64,000 bases of DNA from Eledone cirrhosa (GCA_964016885.1 OZ024741.1:59148001-59212000), one strand, 5' to 3'; shown: positions 12,761-31,010, numbered from the stretch's first letter. Numbers and translations: made by a program. The notes: generated by a model not told the origin, from the sequence alone.

Positions 12761-13998
12761 TTTGCAGGCGACATAGCTAACTTATTCATGGTATGGTGGG
12801 ACTGTAGACTTAAACAAAAACTTAAAGAACAATTAGAAGACAGCTTAACCCTGATAATGTACTCCCGCTACGTAGATGATATAAACATCGTAGTTAAGAC
12901 ACCCCACTAAAGAACAGTCAGGAACTAGAGAAAAACACAATGGAAAGCATCCAGCAAATAGCAAACTCCATCCACCAGAGCATTAGAGTTACTATAGACT
13001 ACCCAAGTAGACACCCCAACCATCGATTACCTGTACTAGACACAGAGCTCTGGTTAGATACCATTAACAACCAAAAACAAATCCTCCATTCCCATTATGC
13101 CAAACCCATGACTTCCAAACATCTGATCCACCGAAACTCGGCCATTTCGGACCATACCAAAATCAACATACTGATTGCGGATTTGGTACGTGTGATGAGA
13201 AATGTGTCCCGCATGTGCAACCCCGAAGAACTAGAGAGGCACATACAACACTTCGTCCACCGTATGCAGTTCTCTGGCTACAATCAGAGAGATAGAATCA
13301 GAGTGTATAAAGGAGCCAGAACCAAATGGGAAAAAATGGTAAATAATGACATAAATGGGACCTGCCCCTTGTATAGGAGCAAATTTTGGAATAGAATAGA
13401 AAGAACTAGGAACAAGGCCAATAGAATAAACTCATGGTATGATAGCAATAAATACCAGAGTGTAATGTTCATCAATACAACCCCTAGAGGCGAACTAGCC
13501 TACAAATTTAGAAGGGCCCTAAATAAACATAAACTCAATATTAAGATAGTAGAAAGACCTGGTACCTCCGTAAAACCACTTATTAGCAAGACATACCCGT
13601 TCCAAAGACCCTCATGTATAGATAAGAAATGTATAACCTGTAAAATAAACCCCCATATTAACTGTAAAACTAGAAATGTAGTGTATAGCATAAGATGTAC
13701 TGAAGGACAATGTAGAAACAAAAATATAGTGTACATAGGTGAGACAGCTCGTAGTATAGGGGAACGAATAAATGAACACTGGCGAGACCTTCAAGATAAT
13801 AAAGAATCATCTGTGCTCTACCAACATGCTAAGATAGAACACAGGGGTAGATTAGAGAACATAGAAATAAAAATAAAATCCACACACAGAAAAGATGCAA
13901 TGTTTAGGCAAATTACAGAGGCAGTAAGCATAAAAGAATTACAACCAAAATTAAATAGAAAATATGAGTGGAACAGCAACATCACAACTTACAATTAA
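12761..13998 (+). pseudogene. Inverted partial copy of the PLE2 ORF with a 1-bp frameshift near 12905
   Basis: AGDIANLF...RYVDD in one frame, the remainder in ORF 12940-13998. Confidence 0.92.
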
Positions 13999-14108
13999 GG
14001 ACAAAATGAAAACACACACAGGACAAAATGAAAACACACACACACATAGAACAAACAACCAACCAACAATAAATAAATAAATAAATGAACACAAACACAC
14101 ACAGACAC

Positions 14109-14166
14109 CCGGATGTGGCGCATGCGCAAACTGAGCACACAACACACACACAGAAACAAAATGGCG
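14109..14166 (+). promoter_or_regulatory. Putative pLTR promoter: ETS-like, NRF1-like and YY1-like motifs
   Basis: CCGGATGT, GCGCATGCGC and AAAATGGCG clustered just upstream of the HHR in all four pLTR copies. Confidence 0.5.
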
Positions 14167-14212
14167 TAGGATAGAAGAAAGGAAAGGCACAGAAACAAAG
14201 AAAGGAATCCCC

Positions 14213-14257
14213 AGTCACTGAAGAGGTCACAGAGTGTGTGACGAAAGGACTATGACT
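14213..14257 (+). ncRNA. Minimal hammerhead ribozyme in the pLTR
   Basis: Mirror of 10278-10322. Confidence 0.85.
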
Positions 14258-14521
14258 ATATATAAACAACTATCTGGTTGTGGAACCAACCAACCAACCA
14301 GAAATTTATAAGTTTGTAGATTTGTAAATTTATAAATTTATAATATATAATAAATTGAAGTGAAAGCAACTGGTGCGTGTGTTTCTTATTGGCAACATGA
14401 CCCTCCCAAAGTATAACAATATCGGTTTCAACACACGATTTCAGATGAAGAATCTTGCTAGACAAATTCAGAAACGAAATATATGAATATATATATATAT
14501 ATATATGAATATATATATATA

Positions 14522-15150
14522 TTTATTAAAATAACAGATTAAAGTTTAAGCAAAGAATCGCTGCTTTCACCCTTAACGGGATCTTCTGAAACTAACAAAG
14601 TCAATCTGTAAACGCAGAACTGGATATTTCAAAAAACGTTGCAACCGGAGGAAGACAGGAAGACGATACTTTGGTTCGTGGTTACGTTCGCTGGCAAAGA
14701 ACGGGAAAAAACGAATAATACGTCATTAATAGGAGCGGTGAAAAACAATTACGCGCAAAGACAAAACCACGTTTATGGTATAAAAGAGGTCGTAGACTAA
14801 TGTTCTCTTAGGTGGTGCATAGAGACGTTCTCTGGCAATGAACGAAAAAACGAAGATAATAAGTCATATGTGGAGCGTGGAGAACAATAGCACGCAAAGA
14901 CAAAACCACGTAAATGGTATAGCAGAAATCGTAGACTAAAATTCTAACTAGGAGACCAAATGAATCTCCGCTACAGAGTTAAGAACAAAGTAAATAAATA
15001 CAATACAGAGATAATAGAAACAAATTTATACATACACGCAAACAGATACGTACATACACAAGCATACGCAAAACCTTACCATGGGTATACAAAACCACGC
15101 ACATATAAATATGTGTGTGTGTGTATGCTTGTGTACAAATAAATAAATAA
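14522..15150. mobile_element. Non-coding insert in (TA)n with about 142-bp internal tandem repeat, probably PLE-related
   Basis: 14683-14800 resembles 14825-14939; degenerate HHR-like motif near 14555-14590 on the minus strand. Confidence 0.5.
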
Positions 15151-15172
15151 TTATATAAACGTATATATGAAT

Positions 15173-15204
<32 letters not shown>

Positions 15205-15231
15205 GAATATATATATATATATATATATATA

Positions 15232-15315
<84 letters not shown>

Positions 15316-15400
15316 TGTATATGAATATATATATATATATATATATATGAATATATATATATATATATATATATGAATATATATATATATATATATATGA

Positions 15401-15459
<59 letters not shown>

Positions 15460-15460
15460 T

Positions 15461-16503
15461 ATACTCTTTTACTCTTTTACCTGTTTCAGCCATCCGGCTG
15501 AGGCCATGCTGGGGCACCGCCCTTGTTGCTACACATTTTATCTCCAGCCTGTATAGGTTGGCCACTGGTGTAGGAGGGAGTTTGTTGCTGCTGCCCTTAG
15601 GTTTCCCTCGTGTCTTGCTGTGGGCTCATCCGGGATCCTGGATAACAAGGTGTCGAGATGTTTCTTAAAGACATCCACCTCCACGTCATGCAAGTCTCTC
15701 AGATGCCTCGGCAGCCTGTTGAAGAGTTGAGGGCCCTTGAATCCCAGGCTATTGCAATACCTGCTCCTTATTCTAGACGGTTGGTCCAGCTCCCAATGCC
15801 AAAGTTTGGTGCTAGTCCCTCCCGGATTTTCCACATGTAGATCACTGCGTGTCTCTCCCGTCTTCGCTCCAAGGAGTAGAGGTTCAGTTCCTTTAGCCTC
15901 TCCCAGTTGCTTGTCTCCCTCATCTTGGCAATCCTCTTGGTGTAGCTTCGCTGGATTGCCTCAAGCTCCGTGGTTAGTTTGACACTATGGGGTGACCACA
16001 ACTGGGAGCAGTAGTCCAGGCGGCTTAGGACGAAAGTCCTCCACAGTGTCAACATGGTGTCTCAATCTCTTGTCCGGAAAGTCCTCAAGATCCAGCCAGC
16101 GAGTCGTCTGCATGTTGTCGCCACTTTCATGATGTGTGAAGAAAAAGATGCATCATCGCTCATGTCTATGCCCAGGTCTCGTATCGATTTTGACACGGGG
16201 ATATCGGTCCCTCCTGGTCCTGTGTAGCTGTGTTCCACTATATTTGTGTTTGCAGGTTTGTATTGTAGGGCTTGGAATTTGCCAGCATTAAACTGCATGT
16301 TGTTTTCTTCCGCCCATCTGTATATGGCATCCAGATCCTGCTGTAAAAGGGCAGCATCAGCCGGGTTTTTGATTGCCTGTGCTACCTTAGTGTCATCAGC
16401 ATAGCTAGTGAGGGATGTTGTTGCATGCACCACAGAGGGCATGTCCGAGAGAGCCACGAAAAACAGTAGTGGTCCCAGGACTGTCCCCTGGGGCACCCCA
16501 CTT
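15461..16503 (-). mobile_element. CR1/L2-group LINE, 3' RT fragment
   Basis: [43 protein letters not shown]; 3' tail (AAAAGAGT)n. Confidence 0.9.
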
Positions 16504-18121
<1,618 letters not shown>

Positions 18122-18278
18122 ATTGTTACACTTTGGGAGGGTCATGCTGCCAATAAGAAACACACGCACCAGTTGCTTTCACTTCAATTTAATTTATTAA
18201 ATATTTATAAATTTACAAATTTATAAATTTCTGGTTGGTTGGTTGGTTCCACAACCAGATAGTTGTTTATATATATAT

Positions 18279-18323
18279 AGTCATAGTTCTTTCGTCACAC
18301 ACTCTGTGACCTCTTCAGTGACT
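18279..18323 (-). ncRNA. Minimal hammerhead ribozyme
   Basis: agtca CTGAAGA ggtcac..gtgac GAAA GAAC TA tgact. Confidence 0.85.
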
Positions 18324-18611
18324 GGGGATTTCTTTCTTCGTTTCTGTGCCTTTCCTTTCTTCTATCCGACGCCATTTTGTTTGTGTGTGGGTTGCGTGCT
18401 CAGTTTGCGCATGCGCCACATCCGGGTGTCTGTGTGTGTTTGTGTTCATTTTTCTATTTTTCTATTTATATTTTTCTATTTGTTTGTTTATTTATTTATT
18501 TATTGTTGGTTGGTTGTTTGTTCTATGTGTGTGTGTGTTTTCATTTTGTCTTGTGTGTGTTTTCAATTGTAAGTTGTTTGTTCTATGTGTGTGTGTGTTT
18601 TCATTTTGTCC

Positions 18612-19938
18612 TTAATTGTAAGTTGTGATGTTGCTGTTCCACTCATATTTTCTATTTAATTTTGGTTTTAATTCTTTTATGCTTACTGCCTCTGTAATTT
18701 GCCTAAACATTGCGTCTTTCTTGTGTGTGGATTCTATTTTTATTTCTATGCTCTCTAATTTACCCCCGTGTTCTATCTTAGCATGTTGGTAGAGCACAGA
18801 TGATTCTTTACTATCTTGGAGGTCTCGCCAGTGTTCATTTATTCGTTCCCCTATACTACGAGCTGTCTCACCTATGTACACTACATTTTTGTTTCTACAT
18901 TGTCCTTCAGTACATCTCATGCTATATACTACATTTCTAGTTTTACAGTTAATATGGGGGCTTATTTTACAGGTTATACATTTCTTATCTATACATGAGG
19001 GTCTTTGGAACGGGTATGTCTTGCTAATAAGTGTTTTTACGGAGGTACCAGGTCTTTCTACTATCTTAATATTGAGATTATGTTTCTTTAGGGCCCTTCT
19101 AAATTTGTAGGCTAGTTCGCCTCTAGGGGTTGTATTGATGAACATTACACTCTGGTATTTATTGCTATCATACCATGAGTTTATTCTATTGGCCTTGTTC
19201 TTAGTTCTTTCTATTCTATTCCAAAATTTGCTCCTATACAAGGGGCAGGTCCCATTTATGTCATTATTTACCATTTTTTCCCATTTGGTTCTGGCTCCTT
19301 TATACACTCTGATTCTATCTCTCTGATTGTAGCCAGAGAACTGCATACGGTGGATGAAGTGTTGTATGTGTCTCTCTAGTTCTTCGGGGTTGCACATGCG
19401 GGACACATTTCTCATCACCCGTACCAAATCCGCAATCAGTATGTTGATTTTGGTATGGTCCGAAATGGCCGAGTTTCGGTGGATCAGATGTTTGGAAGTC
19501 ATGGGTTTGGCATAATGGGAATGGAGGATTTGTTTTTGGTTGTTAATAGTATCTAACCAGAGCTCTGTGTCTAGTACAGGTAATCGATGGTTGGGGTGTC
19601 TACTTGGGTAGTCTATAGTAACTCTAATGCTCTGGTGGATGGAGTTTGCTATTTGCTGGATGCTTTCCATTGTGTTTTTCTCTAGTTCCTGACTGTTCTT
19701 TAGTGGGGGTGTCTTAACTACGATGTTTATATCATCTACGTAGCGGGAGTACATTATCAGGGTTAAGCTGTCTTCTAATTGTTCATTAAGTTTTTGTTTA
19801 AGTCTACTGTCCCACCATACCATGAATAAGTTAGCTATGTCGCCTGCAATGCTAACACCAATGGCTGCTCCTTCCTCTTGGGCATATGTTTTACCATTAA
19901 ATTTGAACATATGTTCCTTAAGGGTTAGTTTTATGCTT
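18612..19938 (-). CDS. PLE RT C-terminal half plus GIY-YIG, 5'-truncated
   Basis: GAAIG, RYVDD, YIGETAR; the tracked ORF N-terminus is a junction chimera. Confidence 0.9.
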
Positions 19939-20323
19939 AAAAAATTAATTAGAGAGCATAGAAATAAAAATAGAATCCACACACAAGAAAGACGCAATGT
20001 TTAGGCAAATTACAGAGGCAGTAAGCATAAAAGAATTAAAACCAAAATTAAATAGAAAATATGAGTGGAACAGCAACATCACAACTTACAATTAAGGACA
20101 AAATGAAAACACACACACACATAGAACAAACAACCAACCAACAATAAATAAATAAATAAACAAACAAATAGAAAAATATAAATAGAAAAATAGAAAAATG
20201 AACACAAACACACACAGGCACCCGGATGTGGCGCATGCGCAAACTGAGCACGCAACCCACACACAAACAAAATGGCGTAGGATAGAAGAAAGGAAAGGCA
20301 CAGAAACGAAGAAAGAAATCCCC

Positions 20324-20368
20324 AATCACTGAAGAGGTCACAGAGTGTGTGACGAAAGAACTATGACT
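20324..20368 (+). ncRNA. Minimal hammerhead ribozyme
   Basis: Mirror of 18279-18323 with one stem I mismatch. Confidence 0.8.
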
Positions 20369-20584
20369 ATATATATATAAACAACTATCTGGTTGTGGAA
20401 CCAACCAACCAACCAGAAATTTATAAATTTGTAAATTTATAAATATTTAATAAATTAAATTGAAGTGAAAGCAACTGGTGCGTGTGTTTCTTATTGGCAG
20501 CATGACCCTCCCAAAGTGTAACAATATCGGTTTCAACACACGATTTCAGATAAAGAATCTTGCTAAACAAATTCAGAAACGACA

Positions 20585-20723
<139 letters not shown>

Positions 20724-20724
20724 C

Positions 20725-20816
<92 letters not shown>

Positions 20817-20833
20817 TATATATATACATATAT

Positions 20834-20929
<96 letters not shown>

Positions 20930-21009
20930 ACAGATATATATATATATATATATACACAGATATATATATATATATATATAATCACAGATATATATATATA
21001 TATATACGC

Positions 21010-21068
<59 letters not shown>

Positions 21069-21128
21069 TATATATATATATATATATTCATACATATATA
21101 TATATATATATATACACACACATATATT

Positions 21129-21188
<60 letters not shown>

Positions 21189-21204
21189 CACATTTATATA
21201 TATA

Positions 21205-22258
21205 TCATCATCATCATCATCATCATCATCATTTAACGTCCATCTTCCACGCTTGCATCGGTTTGGACGGGAGTTGTCCCACTTGAGGCAAGAGTGCGGG
21301 TTTTCTACGGCTGGATGCCCTTCCTAACACCAACCACATTTACAGTGTGGAACTGGGAGGTTGTTACCGTGTTACCTACACGGCCACATTACAGCGTGGA
21401 CTGTGTGTTTTTTTGTCGTGACACCTACACGACCTCATTTGTTTCGGGCTGGATGTTGTGGTACCAACATAACTTTACATTGAAAGGGGTGGTGTGGATT
21501 GGGTGGGGGAAGTGGGACGGGGGTGTATTTTTTTAGAGGTGCCTACTGACTGTAGTAGGTTTTACTTTGCACTTAGGTAAGGCGGGTCTTCTCTATTACT
21601 GTGTAGCGCCAAAGATCTCGGTCCAGTGACATTGTCTTGGAGAGGTGTCAGTGTGTGAGGTCGGAATTTATCAAGTCGTCCCAGGTTTTCCTGGGTCTGC
21701 CTACTCCGTGGCTACCGTCTATATTTATTGCCCTGCACTTTTTTATACAGCTGTCGTCTTTCATGCGCATCACGTGACCATACCAACGTAGTCTTCTCTC
21801 GTCTAAACAACATCGGATCCCTCTTATTCCTAATTTCTCCCTTAGTTCGTTTATGCTTTGCCGTTCACGTATATTACTATTACACATCCAGTGGAGCATG
21901 CAAGCTTCGTTCCTCTCTAGTCTGCGTATATCCTCTGCACACAATGCCCAGGTCTCACTGCCATGCAACATTGCTGTTCGTATGCAGGCATCATAAAACC
22001 TGCATTTCATTTTTAGGGAGAACCCTTTAGCGGCTAATAGTGGTATAAGCTCTCTGAACTTTTTCCATCCAGTTCTAACTCTAGCTACTGTACTTTCAGA
22101 GCACCCTCCCCCACTGCTGATTTTGCCACCCAGGTAACGGAAGCTGTCCACTATTTCTATAGAACCCTCTGTGCAATTGAAAGAGCTAGTATTTTGTGGG
22201 CACTTGCTGCTACTTATTGCACCAGAGCACCGGCCACATGTAAAATCTATGTTCTTAG
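21205..22258 (-). mobile_element. RTE LINE 3' fragment, second subfamily
   Basis: [35 protein letters not shown]; (GAT)n tail. Confidence 0.92.
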
Positions 22259-22319
22259 TATATATATACATATATATATATACACAAATATATATATATA
22301 TAAATATATACATACTCAC

Positions 22320-22350
<31 letters not shown>

Positions 22351-22358
22351 CTCACATA

Positions 22359-22401
<43 letters not shown>

Positions 22402-22402
22402 T

Positions 22403-22466
<64 letters not shown>

Positions 22467-22538
22467 CATACTCACATATATATATATATATATATACATA
22501 TACATACTCACATATATATATATATATATATACATACT

Positions 22539-22738
<200 letters not shown>

Positions 22739-22873
22739 CTCCCATATATATATATAAACGTTTGTATATGTATAATAAAGCCAAAACAATGCTGTTATGG
22801 ACATAGAATAAAGAATACAAATGCAAAAGATATTGTTGACAATTAGTCTTTTACCTTAGATTTATGTAAATGT

Positions 22874-22908
22874 CCTTAATTTTCGAGATAATATCTCTTC
22901 TTCGGAGG
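22874..22908 (-). ncRNA. Minimal HHR-like motif (U4C) within a non-coding insert at about 22757-23235
   Basis: cct CCGAAGA a gagat att atctc GAAA AT TA agg. Confidence 0.55.
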
Positions 22909-23235
22909 CAAGTAAAGCAGTTCAACCAGTGTTCTAAATACTGTTCATACTACTGTACGTCTGTATACATATATGTATGTTCCTATACATACTTATATAT
23001 ATGACAGTTGAAAATTGAAAACTTGACTGTCACCACACATTATGAACCTGAAGATTCCGAAAGCATGAAAATTCAATTAACACTTAACATTTAATATTCT
23101 ACCATACTATTTCATTCTAATACCATTATAAATTTTAAAGGATTGTAAATAAAACGAATAAATCAGACAAAGTTGAAATTCCTTTTATTAATATAATCTT
23201 CTATACATAATCTTACACACCCGTGTATATTTATC

Positions 23236-23266
<31 letters not shown>

Positions 23267-23267
<1 letters not shown>

Positions 23268-23432
23268 ACTGTTTCTACTTTTGGCACAAGGCAATTACCC
23301 AGTACATGACTGGTACTTTATTTTATCGACCCCGTAAGGATGAAAGGCAAAGTTAACCTCGGCGGGATTTGAACTCAGAATGGAAAGGGCCGTAACTCTA
23401 TGCGTCAAAGCATGGCGTCCGACCCTCTACCG
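23267..23432 (-). mobile_element. SINE family A
   Basis: Near match to 4113-4292. Confidence 0.8.
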
Positions 23433-23489
23433 ATACTATGCAAGAAGTCAACAAAGAAGGACAACTCAGGGGAACAGTATAGTATGATA

Positions 23490-24019
23490 AACGAAGGAAA
23501 TGTGGTAAGGAACCAGGTGGACCATAACGCACCAAAGTACTCAATACTTAGGGTAGTAGAGTGGGTAATAGGAACCAGTAAGACCTCGACGGCTGAGCTC
23601 AAGCCGTTTCGAAGGCTAATTCTGGACTAAATGAAAATTTATCCTGATATTTAAATAGCCGAGCTTCTCAAGGGGTAATTCCATATATGGTCAAAGTGAT
23701 TGTCAAAAGTCAGTAGTAATTCTGTGATTGCAAATTAGTAGGGGAGATGGTGGCTAAACCTGCCAGTAGGAGAAAAAGGGGAGGGGGTGGAGTAGACCCA
23801 ATCATGCGTTGTTAGTGCCAGCTACAGCTGGGCATGAGGTCAAAGAAGATACTGGGGAGGGGAGGGGGAGGAAGTCGGAACGGTAGGTAGAACAATGAGG
23901 GGTAAAAATATATATATGAAAGAAAAAATACCGAGAGTGATGAAAAGCGAATAAGTGTAAAGAAAAAAAGTATAAAAGCAAGTTCTACGACCCAAGTCTC
24001 TAGCTATTGTTAGGCTAGA

Positions 24020-24050
<31 letters not shown>

Positions 24051-25322
24051 AGAAAGAAATAACGCAATAAGTAAATAAACTAGGTGGGACGGAATAGGCA
24101 AGGACCCTTTTAAGAGGTATAAGTACGTAAATCATACGGTGACGGGTCAACAAATGGGGCCAAAATACTAAAGAAACTACCACGAAATAAATAATAAAGG
24201 TTTCTATCCCGGGCACAATGCCAGCAACCACCCAGTGCAGCAAAGTAAACTAGTAACTAGTACGAGATAATAATTCTGTGTCCCGAAAAAAATATATACT
24301 AATGCTAACTCTAAAAGATCTTATACAAGCTACATGAAAGTTCGTACGAAGTAAAGGTAGAATACGGAAAAATAAATTCAGAATCCACCCCGCCCAAAAG
24401 AAAAGAGAAGAAAGAAATACTGAAACGAGAAAATAAGGCATAAATGCCACTAAGAAATATAGAAGGCACGGTAAAATAGTGAGAGCGGTCGGAAAAGGGG
24501 CAAGTATCCGAGGTCTAACACAACTGCTATAAAAAGCGGAGTCCGCCAAATCTATCATAGACTAGGGGAGGGGGGTGGGGTACTGAGGCTACAAGGGGCC
24601 AAAGGGCAGCCTCGGGTGGGCGAGAAAAGACGCCGACAAAGAAGAAGAACTGGGTGGTTGCTGGCATTGTGCCCGGGATAGAAACCTTTATTATTTATTT
24701 CGTGGTAGTTTCTTTAGTATTTTGGCCCCATTTGTTGACCCGTCACCGTATGATTTACGTACTTATACCTCTTAAAAGGGTCCTTGCCTATTCCGTCCCA
24801 CCTAGTTTATTTACTTATTTCGTTATTTCTTTATTTCTTTCTTTATTTCTTTCTTTCTTTATTTATTTATTTATCTAGCCTAACAATAGCTAGAGACTTA
24901 GGTCGTAGAACTTGCTTTTATACTTTTTTTTCTTTACACTTCTTCGCTTTTCATCACTCTCAGTATTTTTTCTTTCATATATATATTTTTACCCCTCATT
25001 GTTCTACCTACCGTTCCGACTTCCTCCCCCTCCCCCTCCCCAGTATCTTCTTTGACCTCATGCCCAGCTGTAGCTGGCACTACCAACGCATGATTGGGTC
25101 TACTCCACCCCCTCCCCCTTTTCTCCTACTGGCAGGTTTAGCCACCATCTCCCCTACTAATTTGCAATCACAGAATTACTACTGACTTTTGACAATCACT
25201 TTGACCATATATGGAATTACCCCTTGAGAAGCTCGGCTATTTAAATACCAGGATAAATTTTCATTTAGTCCAGAATTAGCCGTCGAAACGGCTTGAGCTC
25301 AGCCGTCGGGGTCTTACTGGTT

Positions 25323-25326
<4 letters not shown>
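23490..25326. mobile_element. 1.8-kb non-coding fold-back HHR element (arms 23568-24236 and 24649-25326; extension 23490-23567)
   Basis: About 670-bp inverted arms, about 410-bp spacer, no credible ORF. Confidence 0.9.
25219..25312 (+). ncRNA. Hammerhead ribozyme with U3-A8 core (mirror at 23583-23676, minus strand)
   Basis: acccc TTGAGAA gctcggcta...tagccgtc GAAA CGGC ttgagctca GCCG TC ggggt. Confidence 0.75.
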
Positions 25327-25392
<66 letters not shown>

Positions 25393-25414
25393 AGTATGTA
25401 TATATATATATATA

Positions 25415-25556
25415 TATAAGTATCTATACGTACATACATATATGTATACAGATGTACAGTAGTTTGTATATATATACATACATGCACACATATATATATG
25501 TACGTATGGGTTTACCGAGCATTCATTATAATGCTCAGTTTGTTTGTAAACAAACA
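25415..25556 (-). mobile_element. 3' fragment of the 34591-35263 family
   Basis: TATAAGTAT...TTATAATGCTC..GTTTGTAAACAAACA shared. Confidence 0.75.
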
Positions 25557-25649
25557 TATATATATATATTTATATATGTATGTATGTATATATGTATGTA
25601 TGTATATATATATATGTATATATATATGTATGTATATATATATATGTAT

Positions 25650-25680
<31 letters not shown>

Positions 25681-25886
25681 TATATGTATATATGTATGTA
25701 TGTATATATATATGTATGTATGTATATATATATGTATGTATATATATATATGTATGTATATATATATATATATGTATGTATATATATATGTATGTATATG
25801 TATATATATGTATGTATATATATATATATGTATGTATATATATATGTATGTATATATATATTTATATATGTATGTATATATATATG

Positions 25887-25918
<32 letters not shown>

Positions 25919-25994
25919 TATATGTATGTATATATATATTTATATATGTATGTATATATATATGTATGTATGTATGTATAAATATATATGTATG

Positions 25995-26043
<49 letters not shown>

Positions 26044-26063
26044 GTATATGTATATGTATATAT

Positions 26064-26985
<922 letters not shown>

Positions 26986-26990
26986 ATATG

Positions 26991-27155
<165 letters not shown>

Positions 27156-27328
27156 GTATATATATATGTATATATATATATATGTATATATATATGTATA
27201 TATATGTATATATATATATGTATATATATATGTATATGTATATATATATGTATATATATATATGTATATATATATGTATATATATATATGTATATATATA
27301 TGTATATATATATATGTATATATATATG

Positions 27329-27359
<31 letters not shown>

Positions 27360-27402
27360 GTATATATATATGTATATATATATATGTATAAATATATATA
27401 TG

Positions 27403-27433
<31 letters not shown>

Positions 27434-27570
27434 GTATATATATATATATATGTATATATATATGTATATATATATGTATATATATATATGTATATATATA
27501 TGTATATATATATGTATATATATATATGTATATATATATGTATATATATATGTATATATGTATATATATG

Positions 27571-27601
<31 letters not shown>

Positions 27602-27602
27602 C

Positions 27603-27657
<55 letters not shown>

Positions 27658-27668
27658 GTATATATATG

Positions 27669-27702
<34 letters not shown>

Positions 27703-27718
27703 TATGTACATATATATG

Positions 27719-27772
<54 letters not shown>

Positions 27773-27774
27773 TA

Positions 27775-27820
<46 letters not shown>

Positions 27821-27834
27821 TATATATGTATATA

Positions 27835-27906
<72 letters not shown>

Positions 27907-27928
27907 TGTATATATATGTATATATATG

Positions 27929-27985
<57 letters not shown>

Positions 27986-28068
27986 GTATATATGTATATA
28001 TATATGTACATATATATGTATATATGTATATATATATATATATATGTACATATATATGTATATATATG

Positions 28069-28125
<57 letters not shown>

Positions 28126-28166
28126 ATGTACATATATATGTATATATATATGTATATATATATATG

Positions 28167-28213
<47 letters not shown>

Positions 28214-28214
28214 G

Positions 28215-28263
<49 letters not shown>

Positions 28264-28345
28264 GTATTATATATATGTATATATATATGTATATATATAT
28301 ATGTATATATATATGTATATATATATATACATGTATATATATATG

Positions 28346-28378
<33 letters not shown>

Positions 28379-28423
28379 GTATATGTATATATATGTATAT
28401 ATATATGTATATATATATATATC

Positions 28424-28476
<53 letters not shown>

Positions 28477-28487
28477 GTATATATATG

Positions 28488-28540
<53 letters not shown>

Positions 28541-28621
28541 GTATATGTATATATATATATGTATATATATATATATGTATATATATATATGTATATATAT
28601 GTATATATATGTATATATATG

Positions 28622-28700
<79 letters not shown>

Positions 28701-28816
28701 GTATGTATATGTATATATATATATGTATATATATATATATGTATATATATATATGTATATATATGTATATATATGTATATATATGTATATATATATATAT
28801 GTATATATATATATTG

Positions 28817-28863
<47 letters not shown>

Positions 28864-28956
28864 GTATATATATGTATACATGTATATATATATGTACATA
28901 TATATGTATATATGTATATATATATATATATATGTACATATATATGTATATATATG

Positions 28957-29013
<57 letters not shown>

Positions 29014-29038
29014 ATGTACATATATATGTATATACATG

Positions 29039-29069
<31 letters not shown>

Positions 29070-29082
29070 GTACATATATATG

Positions 29083-29115
<33 letters not shown>

Positions 29116-29129
29116 GTGTATATATATAT

Positions 29130-29586
29130 AGTGGCTGCCAACTCGTTTTCGAGTACGGCCACTACTTTATATCCATGTAGGAGAACCCCTACCGATGTGC
29201 TGAACGAGTGTGACTTTTTAGTCCAGCCAGCGACTTGAAAACTCTGGTACAAACACTACACTTGTGACAATTATTGATACATAGTGCTGGGCCCATGGTA
29301 CCATGTGACGACAAGTGCAGAGAAATCTCCAGATATAAAGCAATGCCTGTGCCGTGAAGCTTTTATAGTGAGCAAAGGCACTGCACAAAGCCAGTCCCAC
29401 TCTCTTAACCAAGATGATATTTACCAAAAAGAAGAACAAGTCAACATCATTGGATACCATCAGGGTTGCAGGTGTTATATCAGAGTTTTCCTTCTCCTAG
29501 AATTCTGCCTTGACAAAGGCTAAGGGGTCATCTCTGTGATTTTGGATGGCCATTGACTCTTAAGAGCTCCTTTGCCCTTTGACAGG

Positions 29587-29587
<1 letters not shown>
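29130..29587 (+). mobile_element. About 450-bp non-autonomous element with an RTE 5' UTR-like motif
   Basis: Second copy at 48524-48969; contains GAGTTTTCCTTCTCCTAG..TGCCTT..CAAAGGCT, recalled as RTE 5' UTR-like. Confidence 0.65.
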
Positions 29588-29634
<47 letters not shown>

Positions 29635-29664
29635 CATATATATATATATATGTACATATATATG

Positions 29665-29717
<53 letters not shown>

Positions 29718-29764
29718 GTACATATATATGTATATATATATATATATATATGTACATATATATG

Positions 29765-29795
<31 letters not shown>

Positions 29796-29802
29796 GTACA
29801 TA

Positions 29803-29852
<50 letters not shown>

Positions 29853-29860
29853 TATATATG

Positions 29861-29900
<40 letters not shown>

Positions 29901-29945
29901 TGTATATATATGTATATATATGTATATATATATATATATATATAT

Positions 29946-30724
<779 letters not shown>

Positions 30725-30779
30725 GTATATATATATATATGTACATATATGTATATATATATATATGTATATATATATG

Positions 30780-30830
<51 letters not shown>

Positions 30831-30839
30831 GTATATATG

Positions 30840-30870
<31 letters not shown>

Positions 30871-30883
30871 GTATATATATATG

Positions 30884-30934
<51 letters not shown>

Positions 30935-30947
30935 GTATATATATATG

Positions 30948-31010
<63 letters not shown>

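Larger units (their letters stand above)
10116..14478. mobile_element. Penelope-like element 2, inverted duplication (minus arm 10116-12760, plus arm 12761-14478)
   Basis: Right arm is the reverse complement of about 10116-11822 plus a 65-bp extension; (TA)n flanks. Confidence 0.95.

Noticed and set aside
12761-12789. MNKLAMSPA as the PLE2 start, and MRLSCVW at 19997 as the PLE3 start
   Set aside because: Antisense sequence of the opposite arm across the inversion junction
10585-13998. Telomerase or a domesticated host RT gene
   Set aside because: C-terminal GIY-YIG, pLTR/HHR, truncation and multiple copies indicate a PLE
14555-14590. HHR-like CAGAAGA tccc..gggt GAAA GCAGC (minus strand)
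   Set aside because: U4 and U16.1 are altered and stem I does not pair; at best a decayed relic
23045-23078. CTGAAGA...GAAAATTC motif
   Set aside because: Stems I and II pair poorly
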